Shown piece after piece: positions 14,793 through 28,275 of a stretch of 64,000 bases of DNA (position 1 is the stretch's first letter; each line of letters starts with the position of its first letter). The position numbers and the translations under genes were made by a program. This DNA is from Bigelowiella natans CCMP2755 (Eukaryota; Protista; Cercozoa). The notes beneath the pieces were generated by a model. That model did not search any database and had not been told where the DNA came from. It worked only from the letters and a program-made list of their open reading frames with translations. Location of the stretch: the NCBI GenBank assembly GCA_000320545.1, contig ADNK01000014.1:11914-75913 (forward strand), read 5' to 3'.

Positions 14793-16129
14793 CGCGTGTG
14801 TGCTGTTCTTAAACGTATTATGTATGTGCGGCACTCAGGTTGAGCGAATCCAAGGAACTTATGCATCTCAAGCGCCTACCCCAGCTCCTCATCTTAGATT
14901 TATCCCAAAACGACGTACGCACGCACGCGCTGCTGCACACATGTTCGGCACCCCATCTTATGAATACAACGCCACTCACCCAATCGTACAATGACGTGCT
15001 ACCTCACTCTCTAATAGTACCTACCACCTTCCTTCAGGTTGTTAAAGCAGATAATTATCGGAATTTTGTCATCTTCCACTTGAAGATCATCAAGGTGTCG
15101 TCAAGAGATGTTTGTCTACTACACTCTTCTTTTCCTACCGCTACTACTTTCACCACCATCACTACCACCACCACTACCTCGCAACCATTATTCTTAACCT
15201 GCTGCTCTACTCTCCTCGATCGACTGCTTAGGTGCTTGATGGCATATCAATTCATACTAGCGAGCAGATAAAAGCGAGAGATATGTTCTCAGGGAAGGTA
15301 CTTCTACACCACACTGTTTTTCTCTCTTCTACTATCTGCCTCTCTCTCTCGCTGACCCTCTTTTTGTGTCCTCATCGGCCAACATTATCATCATGACCCA
15401 CCAGCTTACGGAAGAGCAGCTCTTGGAGAGAACAGGCAAGAACACTAAATAAGCGACACACGATAACATCCTGACTGCAGCACTACCAATTACATCGCCC
15501 ATCGAATGATAACCACGATGTATATAGTCCATCATAGTAACATCGTCACCTCATTGCTTCTTCATCTTTACCATCACTGTCATCATCATCATCCTCATCA
15601 TCATCATGATCCAATAATCATGATCTAATCATCATCATCTAATCATCGATGTCCATCCAGGAAAGGAGAGCACTCACACAATCCGCAGCCTAGACCTCAC
15701 TGACGCAGGAGTAAAGAAGCTCGGTATCATTGATGCGAAGCGCTTCTCCAACCTCAGGTTGCCACTGCTACGCCTAAGCGTACAAGAAGAGGAGAGCGAG
15801 AGACGGGAATATACATATATGTAAGATATATTGATAGAGGATGAGAGAGAGGGAGAGAGATGTGAGTTTGGTAACATGATAGTCTTTCATCTTTCATATC
15901 TTCCCATTCCTCCGTAGAATCTTAAATCTCGACAAAAACCGCATTTCCGAGTTGATCCATTTTCACCCGCTTCCGAGCCTCAGGTGGGTGGTTTTGGTGC
16001 TACTATGCCCTGTGTGGGGATAAAGAAAAAGGGGGAGGGGGGGGGGTGATATTGAGAAGGAAGGTTATGGAAAGAGACGTAGTTGTAATCGCAATCTCAC
16101 TCCTCCACATCCCAGCAGGCAGCTGCTTG

Positions 16130-16199
<70 letters not shown>

Positions 16200-16611
16200 T
16201 GCGATGATTGCAACCTCTCCCCCTCCATTCAGCATTCTCCGTCTCAACGACAATCGCATCGTGTCCATTCCCATGTCCAAGAAGAACCCAGATATAGGTC
16301 AATCCTCGCAGCACGCTCCTCCCTCTCCTCCTTCTATTCTCCTTATCCTTCTCTCCCCCTGCGACGATAGCTTATGCTGTAGGGAAACAGAGCAGCGATG
16401 ATCGATCTTATGCCTGTGACTCGTTCCTTACATATGCGTCTTCGCTCATTTCATGGCCGTCTTTTTTGTTTAAGATACCGCTGCTCATACTTGTGTACTA
16501 CTACTTCTACCACGTCGAAAATAGGCCTGTTAGCAGAGCTTTTCCCAAAGTTGGAGGTGCTAGAGTTGGGACACAACCGTATTAGGTGAGATCATCGCCA
16601 TTTCTATGAAG

Positions 16612-16651
<40 letters not shown>

Positions 16652-16788
16652 CCCAACATCCTTCCTCGGTCTCGGTCTTTATATATGTGTTCTTGATTCC
16701 AAAGAGTGAGTTTTCTCCCTTCCCCTTTTCTTCCAAAATATTGAAGAAGACCTCACTGAGCTTACATTACACCCCCCTTGTTGTTTAC

Positions 16789-16824
<36 letters not shown>

Positions 16825-17216
16825 ACACACTTATCGTCTTCTTCTTCTTCTTCTTCTACCACGTAGTTCTATATCGAATGTGCGGCTGAGCGGTCTACAC
16901 AACCTCAAGGTGCTTGCTTACCGATTGATAATCATATATGACTGGAGAAGGCTGAAAACGAAGACAACGACGACGACTTGTATCTGCGTATTCATTTGAT
17001 GATCGATATTAAAATTCCTCCTGCATCATTTCAGGTCCTATCGCTGGATTCTAATGATATCGTGGTCGTCGAGGGACTCAATGGTGAGTTGGCGTCTGAT
17101 GATGCTTTCTGGCAGCATATTGTTCTGTGCTTTATGTGCAAATAGTATCAATTGTTGCTGGAATCATCGATATAATCGTGTAAATCTTAATTAGGTATCC
17201 ATCCCCGCCTCCCTCC

Positions 17217-17259
<43 letters not shown>

Positions 17260-17422
17260 CTCACTTTGTGATTTATTCCGCCCTCCCCTGTTCTTCAACC
17301 GGTGTAGATCTCGTGAAGCTGCAGCAGATAATTCTCTCCGACAACAAAATTAAAAGAATAGGTGATAAATACGCCAATTTAGCTAATATTCCTGCTGCGG
17401 CTGATGCTGCTACTCTGATAAG

Positions 17423-17456
<34 letters not shown>

Positions 17457-17527
17457 ATGTCCCTGCAGAACAAAAGATGATGAATCTTCTTTTTCCTCCT
17501 CTTTTGGTTCACTACTACTGCTATCGT

Positions 17528-17559
<32 letters not shown>

Positions 17560-17740
17560 TATCTTTGCCATCATCGTTTGCAATCATTGATCATACAAAT
17601 AGACCGAAAGTCTTTCCGCGGCCTGACCCATCTTCGTGGGATCCAGCTGGATGGTAGTAGAGTAGGAATAGTCGTAGTAGTAGTAGTAGTAGTAGTAGCC
17701 TCCAACGCACAGTGATGATGATAATGATGATGATAATGAC

Positions 17741-17773
<33 letters not shown>

Positions 17774-18101
17774 ATCTAAGCGACGATATGAATTGCATCT
17801 GTATGCTGGCGACGGTGGCCAATCACCATATTCATTCATTCATTTATTCACTTACACACTGTAAACAAAGGGAACAGCTTGCGCTCCCTGCTGAACATCG
17901 GCCCTTTGCCAAACCTGCGTACATTATTCGCGTCGTTCAACCGTATCAACGACTTTGGCGAGTTGGACTACCTCAACTCCAACCTGCTGCCTACATTGGC
18001 CAAGGTAGTGTATATCCGCCATCGTCAGCCCTCCGTATACAGCTCATCTCACCACGTTCTCTACCGTATCTTCGCTTCAAATACCTGTCTGTCTTTTGTG
18101 G

Positions 18102-18144
<43 letters not shown>

Positions 18145-18257
18145 ATATGGGTTTCTCCTAATCCCTTCTCCTCCTTGTTATCGCCTCTTTCTGCAGGTAT
18201 CTTTCAAGGGAAACCCCCTGGCAAGAAAACCAGGCTATCGAGAGAAAGTAATAGCAG

Positions 18258-18291
<34 letters not shown>

Positions 18292-18603
18292 CAGCAGTAG
18301 AAGTAAGTAGAAGTAACAGAACGTCTCCCATCTACCCACTCTCCCCTCCAACATCCTTTTCGTCCTACCTAATATCGTTGTCTTATTCATGGTATTTATA
18401 TTGTTGATGGCTATGTTATGGTAGGTGATTGTACGTATAGCGAACATGGTCATTCTTGACGGAACCGTCATCACGCCCCAGGACCGCCAAGAAGCAATGT
18501 AAGCTGCTTGCCTCTCCGACTATAGCATGTTCAGCTTAGTGCTGCTTGAAAGATGATGCATCAACATTAATTGAAAACGAGTCATTTATATGCAATGGCT
18601 TTC

Positions 18604-18640
<37 letters not shown>

Positions 18641-19126
18641 TGCTCTCTCTGGCGAATTTCATAGTTTAATTCGTAGCTGTACTGCGATGAGAACACACAC
18701 ACACACAGAGTACTGCTACTCCTCCTACTACTTCTACTACTACTACTACATATATTATACCAACAGATACTCGACGAATTCCACCAACATGTTCGGGCAG
18801 CAAGCTCTATCACAAGACTTCGTGGAATCCAGCATGGTTTTTCAATCCAGAGCACGCAACACCAGCATTCATCTCCCGTCTCTATATCACCGCTCTCTCT
18901 CATTTGCCCTTTTTCTACTTCTGCTTCTTCTAAATGCCCCTGTGCGCCTGGATCTTGATTCCTGGTCATCGTTCTCATCAATCAGGTGACGAATAACGGA
19001 GGAGGAGGCCTCCACCATCAAATGCACATGCAGCAGGCGGCCACACCCGGGATTTTGATGAACCACGGGGCGGCCAATAGCGGATACTACGTGCGCGGTG
19101 GAGACAACAAGAATGGGCGACGGTGA
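9235..19126 (+). CDS. LRRC9: Leucine-rich repeat protein 9 homolog (SDS22-like LRRs flanking a central PARP-like domain), multi-exon
   Basis: N-terminal ACISNG...VEIFMTNYSKMRGLEPF, LRRs (IAKIENLDHLEHLSVLSITGNKI), LYLNDPHYGDNPICNLSNYHTYSLYHM, central WFKSCVKFM...IQDVIKVENQFVRNRFEE and WYVFDTALIVPEYIIEY, then further LRRs and GKLTEEQLLERTG. This is the motif order I recall for LRRC9. Last exon ends at TGA 19124-19126. Confidence 0.85.
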
Positions 19127-19435
19127 CGTCATCACTCTTGAAGCTCCTCGACAACAGTTGTTGCCCCTAGAATATAGAACTAGCATCGTGCTTATGCCGA
19201 TTATAGCCAGAAATTCATCCTCACCCCACTCAAATTTACATGTTACGTAACCGCACACACACGCACACACACGCAAAACACACACATATAATATTATTAA
19301 TCTCTTATCCCCGTAGCTAATCATCATACATAGTGTACATACGACTCATGCGAATGGTATGTTTTTGGATTATATTCTACTGTAGCCGTCATCCTGCATA
19401 TATTTAAATATAAGTACATATATATTAGCTATATT

Positions 19436-19476
19436 AGGATGACAATTGAACAAATTTAATACATTCATTACATCCG

Positions 19477-19511
<35 letters not shown>

Positions 19512-19692
19512 TATATACATATATGGTTTCGCGGGCGCAATGACCACAATGTATTCGCAAACCTGATGCATGCAATCGCAGAAGCTAACAAACACAATGT
19601 CAGCGCTGTAGCCGCCGCATTGCATAGCTACATTAGTGACGGAGGATGGCAATTGAGAAAAATTATTCATTTCATTACATCCGCCGTCTCAT
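19436..19692. repeat. Degenerate ~55 bp direct repeat (two copies), each able to form a hairpin
   Basis: aggatgacaattgaacaaatttaatacattcattacatccgtctcat (~19436-19492) versus aggatggcaattgagaaaaattattcatttcattacatccgccgtctcat (~19643-19692). Confidence 0.6.
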
Positions 19693-20492
19693 GCATGTAT
19701 CTGCTTTTCTTATACCAACATACAAACTATTAGCACTAGGTCAATTCAACATCGGTAACATACCTCATTCCTCGATCCCATGCTTGTACATTTTAGTCGA
19801 CATTTAAATGTTGTGCGCATGCCACACACGTACATGCGTCATCGTGCAGCTAGGATTACATGTACTTGCGTGAATGCATCCGTGTTGCCATTGTACAATC
19901 GCATTGTGTGTGCTGCCACGAATTGAATTGCGTCAGTTATTCGCACTTGTGAACAATCTTGTGCAATAAAGCATGTGAATTGCACATCTTGACCGAGTCC
20001 ATAGTATGCATATCTAGCTAGCTAGGCGTTGCATCCGCGTAATTTTTTATGTGTGGCTACGTGGCATCGCCAATATCAATAACGCGATCATTAGCACCAT
20101 GCTGTTTGCTCTAGATCGATTGCCCTTAAAGAAGTGTCCACGAGCCAGTGCCTCACAAGGCGTGCAGGCTGTCTAGCTGTGGGCGACGTGCGCGTGAGCG
20201 GTTATAATAAACAAGCAATCATCTCGACGCTAGTTGAAGAATAACTCTACGGCTACGACTCCCGCGGTATAGCAAGTTTCATAGCATTGCAGAGGTACAA
20301 TGTGTATGGTTAGAATGCTGTCAAATATAATTTTATGTCGGCATGGATTAGCAGTAGTTTCTCTAAATGCGTATTTTATACTTGGTACAGCACGTACGTA
20401 GCAATATCTTTAAAATATTGGCTTTTGAGTCGCACGAGATCTAGTGTTATTCATGCAATCAAAAGCGGCTGCGTCCCTGCCCCTTCCTGCGA

Positions 20493-21044
20493 CTACCTTT
20501 CTGTAAAGACGGCGAATTCAAATCCTTGATCGGATATGTTCACTTTTCCGTTGCTGTTTTTCGAGGGCACGCCTCTTGCCCACAGCGTCTTGGAGACCAC
20601 GATGGAGTTTCTCCGCACACTCGCAAGGTTCCGCAGGTCGGTGAGCTGCCCATCAACCTGCCTCGCATTATCAAGCATACACGCAAAACTTGTCATCTTC
20701 CTTGCTGGTATTTACACACCTGGCTCCGCACTGTGACATTGGGTAACACGTCTCATTCCACCCTACCACCTCCCCGCAATAACGTTATCATGTGCACACC
20801 ACCTGGGAGAGGGCAATGTACTTCTGCACTAGAAAGGCTGCTGGCTCCTTCTCCACCATCGGCTTCACTTTGACGAATTCGTCTCTGCTCAGCTTGGGAC
20901 CTACCCACACCGCATCACCACCTCGTCCATCCACACGTTTAACCACCTGTGTTAGCCATCAACAGCATGAATCATGGTATAGTAGTAGTAGTAGTCATAG
21001 TAGTGCAAGATAACTCACAAATCATAAGGGTGAGAGTCTAGCGG

Positions 21045-21075
<31 letters not shown>

Positions 21076-21177
21076 ACACACGCGCGCGCGAATACTACAA
21101 ATGGCCACCTCTATAACAGCTACTAATGCGATATTCAGATCATCTAATAATGGCTTCCTTCCTCGCTCATTGTGCAC

Positions 21178-21214
<37 letters not shown>

Positions 21215-22142
21215 CTGAGAATAGACAACGACTCATGCTGCAGCAGCAGCCGCTTCTCCATCACCAATGCATGCTGGGAATCTGGGTCATCAAACACCGC
21301 CCGGAGTAGTTCCGAGCGTTTCGGCTCTTTGAGTGAGAAGGAGAGGGTAGGAATCGTCTTGAGAATAGGCTCTTCGTTTAAGTAGAATCGAGTCAGTGTG
21401 TCCATATAGCAGCAGAACTGCTTGTCCCCGAGGAAATCAAACCCTGGGCCGTTTACAATCTTGACCAAGCCGTTAAAGTATGCGTCGAGGATGCCGGGAA
21501 ACCTGCGTCACCGTCACCATCGCCATCCATAATCACCATCTCGATAATTAGCAGCAGCAGCAGCGCCGCTATCCAATGAGAACTTACTAACGTTCTCCGT
21601 CGTCATCGTCATCGCCATCATCATCATCATCATCTTATATGATATACTACTACCACTACTACCACTACTACCACTACTGCTACTACTGCTGCTACTACTA
21701 CTACTACTACCACTACCCTTGTCTTAGCATATCCTTCAGATCATCCTTCCTTGTAGACCGTAGATACCTCCTAATCTTCTCCAGCCTATGCTTTTTCCGG
21801 CTGTTAGTGTAGGCTTCAATGAGCCTTTGAAGTTGCGCAGCGTTCCTTTCTTCGCTCTCCACCTTCCTACCCAATTTCTTCGCCTGTTTCCCTTGCTTCA
21901 GCTTCTCCGCATAGGCCTTTCGCAGACATCGAGCTCTGGTTTCGTGGCTTTCTTGCCAGTACTTGGCCTCCTCCAGGATACCTGTAGAAGGAGGGGCGCG
22001 AGGCGAGGGAGATGAAAAGAGGGGAAAGGAGGAGGAGGAGGAGGATGATATGAAGCAGGAAAAGAGCATGATTGATGGTGGTGTTACACAAGTAGATACG
22101 ATGATAATGATTGAGGATGATGATGATGACGATGATATGATT

Positions 22143-22176
<34 letters not shown>

Positions 22177-22600
22177 GGTTTTGCTACGTACTCTTCATTC
22201 GCACGGTACTATTAGCCGGGTCAACATCGTAGATTTCGGCATCTATCACGATTAAGCCAACGCGAGTTCTTTTCCCCTTCTTGGAAGGGCTCTCGCTCCC
22301 ATTTCGTTTACTTTGCCTTCTTCGCGGGGATTTTCCTGACTTTTGCGAGAGTCTCCCTGATTTCCTCTGTTTTTTCTTCTTCACCAAGTAGACACCATTC
22401 TTCTCAATCTATAGTAGCAATATGGACGAGGAGGAGGTAGAGGAGGAGGAGGAGGAGGAGGAGGGAGATAATACCATGTTTATGGGTAAACGAAGCAGAA
22501 TCTGTTTTATTGAAGAAGAACATAGTGCTTGCAGGTATGAAGTGTCAAAACAACATAACGCAAAGGGGACCAGTCGGCATCTGTCGTTGCTATCGTCGTC

Positions 22601-22633
<33 letters not shown>

Positions 22634-23819
22634 AGATCACCTTGAGCGATATAGCGTCCTTTGAACGAAACCCTGGGATAGGAATCTCTACCTTTGTTAA
22701 ACCGCGAGACTCGAATAAACGTATCACCTGAGAAGAAGTGGATAAGGCAGGAGGAGGAGGGAGGAGTGAGGGAAGGAGCAGGAGGTAAATGAGGGTGTGT
22801 GGGAGAGGACAAGAGAGGACAAATGACGTCGATGCCAGTAGTAGAAGGGTTGGTGATTGGGTACTACTCTCTCTGAGGCAGATTGACATGACACTGCGTA
22901 TCTCTCTATATCGGATTACTACTACTATTATCATTATTATCACTATTATAACCCTCTTCTCCTCTTTGTCAGGCCACATCCAACGCGGGTAGCACAAGAG
23001 CACCACCGCTTCTCCATGTCTTAACACACCACGCACGGCCATTCATTGAGTCGTCGTCGTCATCAACACGTGGCCAACGATGAGGAAAAGAGGCGCCAAC
23101 AAAAGAGAAGCAAAAGAGGGGATGACGAAGGGCATGTAGAAACAGACACACATGATGGTCAGAATAGTTATAACGGTAAGAACAAAAAACGGGGCGATTC
23201 ATGACATAACGACTCACTAATCTTATATGAGAATGTGTAAAAATGATCAACCAAGTACATGCAGAGGGTGCCCCGCCTCACCGGACTGCACCCCTGTAGT
23301 CGTCAACGAGCGCGTCATAAAACGCTCCCGGCATCTCTTGAGTATCGCTAAAGAGTGAATACCATCGAATAAGTATCCGATGATCGATATCGTTGCCAAG
23401 ATTAATAATAATATCATGCGAGTGAGGGGGGGGAGGAGGAAGGAGAAGGAGCTTAAATGTGCACATAATGCGTCGGCAAAATGGCTTGTTTGCCACACTA
23501 CTGTAAGCAGTCTCCATCACTCACCCTTCCTTCTCGTATTGTGTAGGGAAGAACAGGGATCGATATGTAGAACTGGTGTATTTCTACTACTACTACTACT
23601 ACTACTATTACTACTATTACTATTACTGCTACACCTTGTGATGTGCGGAGAGTATTCAGGGAACGACGACAGGATGCTCTTCCTTGCAATCTCCAAGTCA
23701 CCCTATTTTGAGAGGGAGAGAGGGAAAAGAGCCACGGAGAAGAAACCCAAGAACGAAGAGGTCGGTCCATCATCATTGTCATCATTATTATCATCATCAT
23801 CATCGACAGTGTGCGTGCG

Positions 23820-23863
<44 letters not shown>

Positions 23864-25977
23864 GACAGGAGGATAGATGGATGATGGTGGTAGAGGGCTG
23901 TTTGTGTGTCGTCATCACACCATGCCTCCCACGTATCCGAGATTGTCCTCGCACACATAGAACTCTCCGCTCGGTGCACGTATAATATCAGGGCCATACC
24001 TACGATCACGGCGACGGCATTCAATTTTATCTCAGTGCGGTGAAAGAAAAGCTACTAGCAACAACCATTTCCTTTGGCAATTTTCGAGTTCCTTGCTGCT
24101 GTTCAGAAATCCACTATTTGCCCCTCCTCTCTCTCTCTCTCCCCTCCCCACCCCCCGGTGGTTCTCGAAAAGGGTTGTAATTAGTGAATATTAATGTAGT
24201 ACCAGAATCCCCACGTGTCCTGCATCGCTGTTCTCCCAGAGGATTTAAGTAGCTTCTAAACACGACGACGACGACGACGAATAACATCGACTCAGTAGCA
24301 ATAATAATGGAATTTTCAAAGACGTGCACATTCACACATCCACGCACAGGCACGCAAGTCCTCCATCATCTTCATCATCGTCATCGTCATCATCGATTAT
24401 CTAGCTGTGTACATGTGTGGTGAGGGTGGAGGACTGCCTCCTCTATTCGCTGCTCAATCTACTACCTTTTCTTCGTTTCGAGCGATGATATTCTTGAGGA
24501 TTGCCTTTGGGAATATCTGATAATGATGATGAGATGTTGTACAAGAAGAAGAAGGAGAACGATAGTTTTTTAGGGGGGGGTGGGCACAGCACAGCTTAAT
24601 TATGTAGAGAGGATCATGATGATGACGAGGTGGAGGAGGTGGAGAAGGAGGAAAGTAAATATCCATAACAACGTTAGAAGGGACAGAGATGAGGGAAAGA
24701 GGAAGAGAGAAAGAGAGAAATCATGGAGAATATCATCAGTTTTCTTCTCTCCTTTTATGTCGTCGCCAACGTTATGACACCACTACTTACTACCACCTTT
24801 TTATTCCGATATGTTGGCTTCTTTGACTTAGCTGAGTAGTGATCGCGGAGGAATGCCTACCCCGCACCAATCACCATCACCAATGCTGCCTTCTTCATTG
24901 TTGTTGTTGTTCTTCTTCATCATGATCATCATGATCATCATCATCATAAGACTGTGACTATCATTGTCCTCCTAATAGCAGCAATGCTGACATAGGACTC
25001 CTCGCTTCTTCCAAAACAGCAAGCAACGAGCACCTGAATCGTTCTGGCCCTCTGGTGCACTCCTTTGTGCAGTCTCTCTGCCTCCTTCCTCGTGAGCATG
25101 CGCGGGATGTGGTAAAGCCGGTTATCGCTTGCGAAATCCTGCAAGGATGATGATGATGATGATGTTGAATGATGAAGTCTATTTATACTACTGCTAAAGC
25201 TACTGCTACCTTGAGGCTTTTGTCCTTAAACTCTTCGATTCGCCTCGGAGACTTGCTCTCGATCTCAGACACAATCTTCTCTATCGCTCCATAGGCCTAG
25301 AACAATGCCGACAATAGTTGCGTTGACGAGAACGATGAAAGGAGAGGGAGGAAGACAGGAAAAAAAAGCAGGTGCATGAGAAAGGAGAGGGAGGAGAGGG
25401 AATAGAGAGAGAATGGAGGAAAGTTTAGCGGAGTGACTCAACTGGACGGACTGTCCCTTTGGCATCGTACATTTCGTCGAAAAATGCGGAGCCATCCTTC
25501 CAGCCCTTGATGATGCTCTGCACACTGGATTCCATACGGGTGGTAACATCGAAAGAAGCGATCATTGGGTCTTCTGAAGCGTCGGTTTCTAAGGCCTGCT
25601 CGATCCATTTGCTGTCCTGAATGAAGGGGGAAGGGTAATTTTACTTAAATTGTGTTTGAAGAACTGCCTTCTTGATGAAATCATAGATCGACAACTACTT
25701 CTTCATCTTCTTCGTTCACGTAGTAGTCGGCAAACACATCCATCGGGCTGTTTGTCTCTTCCTTGGACATGTGCTTTTGATCCTTGTCGCCGCCGTTGTT
25801 CCCCCCATCATCCGAAGGCGAGCTTGGAGAGAACGGTGAATGTCCTGAGGGATACGGACTGCATGTGCGATAAACAAAACAGACTGCATCAATGAGGACA
25901 AATTCATTCGTTTTAGAGATCTACAATAAAATCTATTGAGATAATTGGACTGCTCGTATCTTCATGGTGTAGAATAC

Positions 25978-26017
<40 letters not shown>

Positions 26018-26476
26018 ACACACACACACTCACACACTCACTCACATGTGTATACTATACATATTTTTGTATACGATACGTATTCTTCAAAGTCGTACTA
26101 TTCTCACCCGTCGGATGTCGGTGTAGAGACAGCTGCAGGACGAGGAATCTTCTGATTTGTATTATTGATGGAACCGACGACGTGCTCGTCAAGCCCCAGC
26201 CGCTCAATTCCTTTCAAGATTTTTCGCATTTGAAGTGGGGGAATACGTAGCGCCTTGCCATCATCCTCCCGCAAGAACCTATATTCGGTTTCAGGCAAAA
26301 TCATCACTAAGATTCGAGCACAGGCACCCAGCGATGTGATGACATTATTTGTATGCGTTGGTGCCTGACTGGAGATCTTTTGGCTTCTCCGCTCCGAATT
26401 CCTTAAGCGCTGCAGCATAGCGTTCAAGGCCGGCGTCGATGGAGGTCAGCACCTGCGCAATCCCCCCTTCTGACAT
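20493..26476 (-). CDS. SAM domain + circularly permuted ATP-grasp type 2 (DUF404/DUF407-like) putative ligase, about 19 exons
   Basis: N-terminus LTSIDAGLERYAAALKEFG...DLQFLREDDGKALRIPPLQMRKILKGIERL is a SAM pattern. It is followed in order by FDEMYDAKGTVRP, IPRMLTRKEAERLHKGVHQRARTIQAFLRDHY, YGPDIIRAPSGEFYVCEDN, FPGILDAYFNGLVKIVNGPGFDFLGDK, FYLNEEPILKTIPT, VVKRVDGRGG, FLVQKYIALS, DLR and GKVNISDQG, the hallmark motifs of bacterial CP-ATP-grasp proteins. Splice phases are consistent. Confidence 0.85.
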
Positions 26477-26765
26477 CGGTCTGAAGGTTCAAGGCGTGCT
26501 TCCCGATGGTGAGTGGTTCGTCGTCAGATACAACAGATACAATAGAGATATCTCGAGACATGTAAGGCGAGGGGAGTTTTCAGCTGCGACAAGAAGGAGA
26601 ATCGAAAAATATTGGTACGAGTAGGGCATTTTTAGGAAGTCGAAGGGGTAAAATGGCAAGGATTTGCGTTCTTCTTACCCCACAGGGATACCCATCTCAT
26701 GCGCTCTTTCTGACAGGGAAAACAAAAATTGCCGACAGGCGACGAGCGCACTCTTCACACTTGGA

Positions 26766-28275
26766 ATGGCTTCGGAAAACTTTGGGCTGGATTGTCTCGT
26801 GGCTGGCATCCATGCAGGCCTTGGCGCTGTGGCGGCAGCGAGGATTCCCCATTCCTCTGAAAAGGGCGGAATGTTCCTTCGGTAAGGAAGTCTTGTCTGT
26901 CTGTCACCCTGTCTTGCTCTCCTCGCAATATTTACATTTATCTAGGCTGGTCAGTTTGCACGCTATTGTCCTGATCTTAGCAAACTTACTCCTGCCTCGC
27001 GGGCCTGTCCAGGGTCCATGGCAATTTATTCTCATAATGAAAATGTTTGTCAACGTAAGGAGAATTAAGTGTCGACCTTATCCGAAATCTCACTCGTTGC
27101 TGTCTTCAAAATTTGTCCCAGATATTTGGCATACTGCTAACCTTTGGGTTTCTACACAAAGTCACACAAGCTGAATTCACCGCCAGGAATCTTCGGCCTC
27201 TCCCGTGGGAATTTCACTACGTCTTCATCTATTTGACCAGCTTCTGTGTCATAATCGAATTTATTGCGAAGATGGGTGAGTGCTCCTAACTTTTTGCAAA
27301 TATTGATACCCTTATTGATTATTGGTCGTGTATATTGCTTTTATGTGTTATTGGTTGGGTTGTGGGTTGATTTTCTCTCTTCCTCTTTCTATCTCTCTTT
27401 CTCTATGTGGCCTGTGTGGATTCGTTCTGTTCCATATTACGAACATGAAAGTCGTTCTTGGCACAAATGAGCAGCAATTTGAGGCTTTTTCGTTCGGAGC
27501 TATAGCAGGTGGGCTGTTGCTAATTTACCCATACATACTCCGTCAACTTTCGTCCTTGCATAAATACGTCCAAGAACAAGCATTGTTCTTGAAGCGGAGC
27601 AATACTGAACGCTCAACACGGTCGGTCAGCAATCGAGCCCGTAAGACAGCCGATGTAAAAACTATGGGATCAACAATGACATTACCACATTTTGACTCGA
27701 AACGGGTACTATCACCAGTCAAAGATCTTGAGAAAAACTTGCCGTCAACGCCTCCTGCTGAGAAGGAACGATCCATGCACGAGATTCCTGCTGTCCAATG
27801 CCCTCTCAAACATCCGTCCGATGAACATCCTAGTATAAATCTCAACAATGTTGCTGGAATGAATAGCATGGATTCTGTAAGGATGACAAGTTTTGCATCT
27901 CAGTCACCCAACATTGGAAGCCCTTCTGGCAAATCAAAACCGCGTGCGCAGAGATCAAAGTCGCGGCAGTTTGTTAAGAGGATGAGAATCGAGGAGGAAG
28001 AATACAGAGATATTGGTAGAAAGATCATGCTTGTTATGATTTGGATAAGTGTTCTGACCAGCATCGGGCTCGTTGTAAACATATCGGAAACAGTTTTGGC
28101 TGCAACAGATCGGAGATCGCATGAGCAGTGGTTACAAGACTCGCACCCGAATACTGGCATGCCCTCACGTCCTGTTGGACTCACGGTCTTCTATTTGTTG
28201 TTCGAAACATTTTTTATTTGGTATGGGGGTGGTCCCTGGCGAAGCTCTCCGCGGCGTTCGGCGAATTATCATTGA
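26766..28275 (+). CDS. Uncharacterised multi-pass membrane protein (possibly 7TM-like) with long cytoplasmic loop
   Basis: Long 3' ORF 27322-28275 has several hydrophobic segments around a Ser/Pro/charged loop. Short upstream hydrophobic exons (MASENFGLDCLVAGIHAGLG..., LVSLHAIVLILANLLL) have GT-AG ends. Start codon and internal splice sites are uncertain. Confidence 0.55.
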
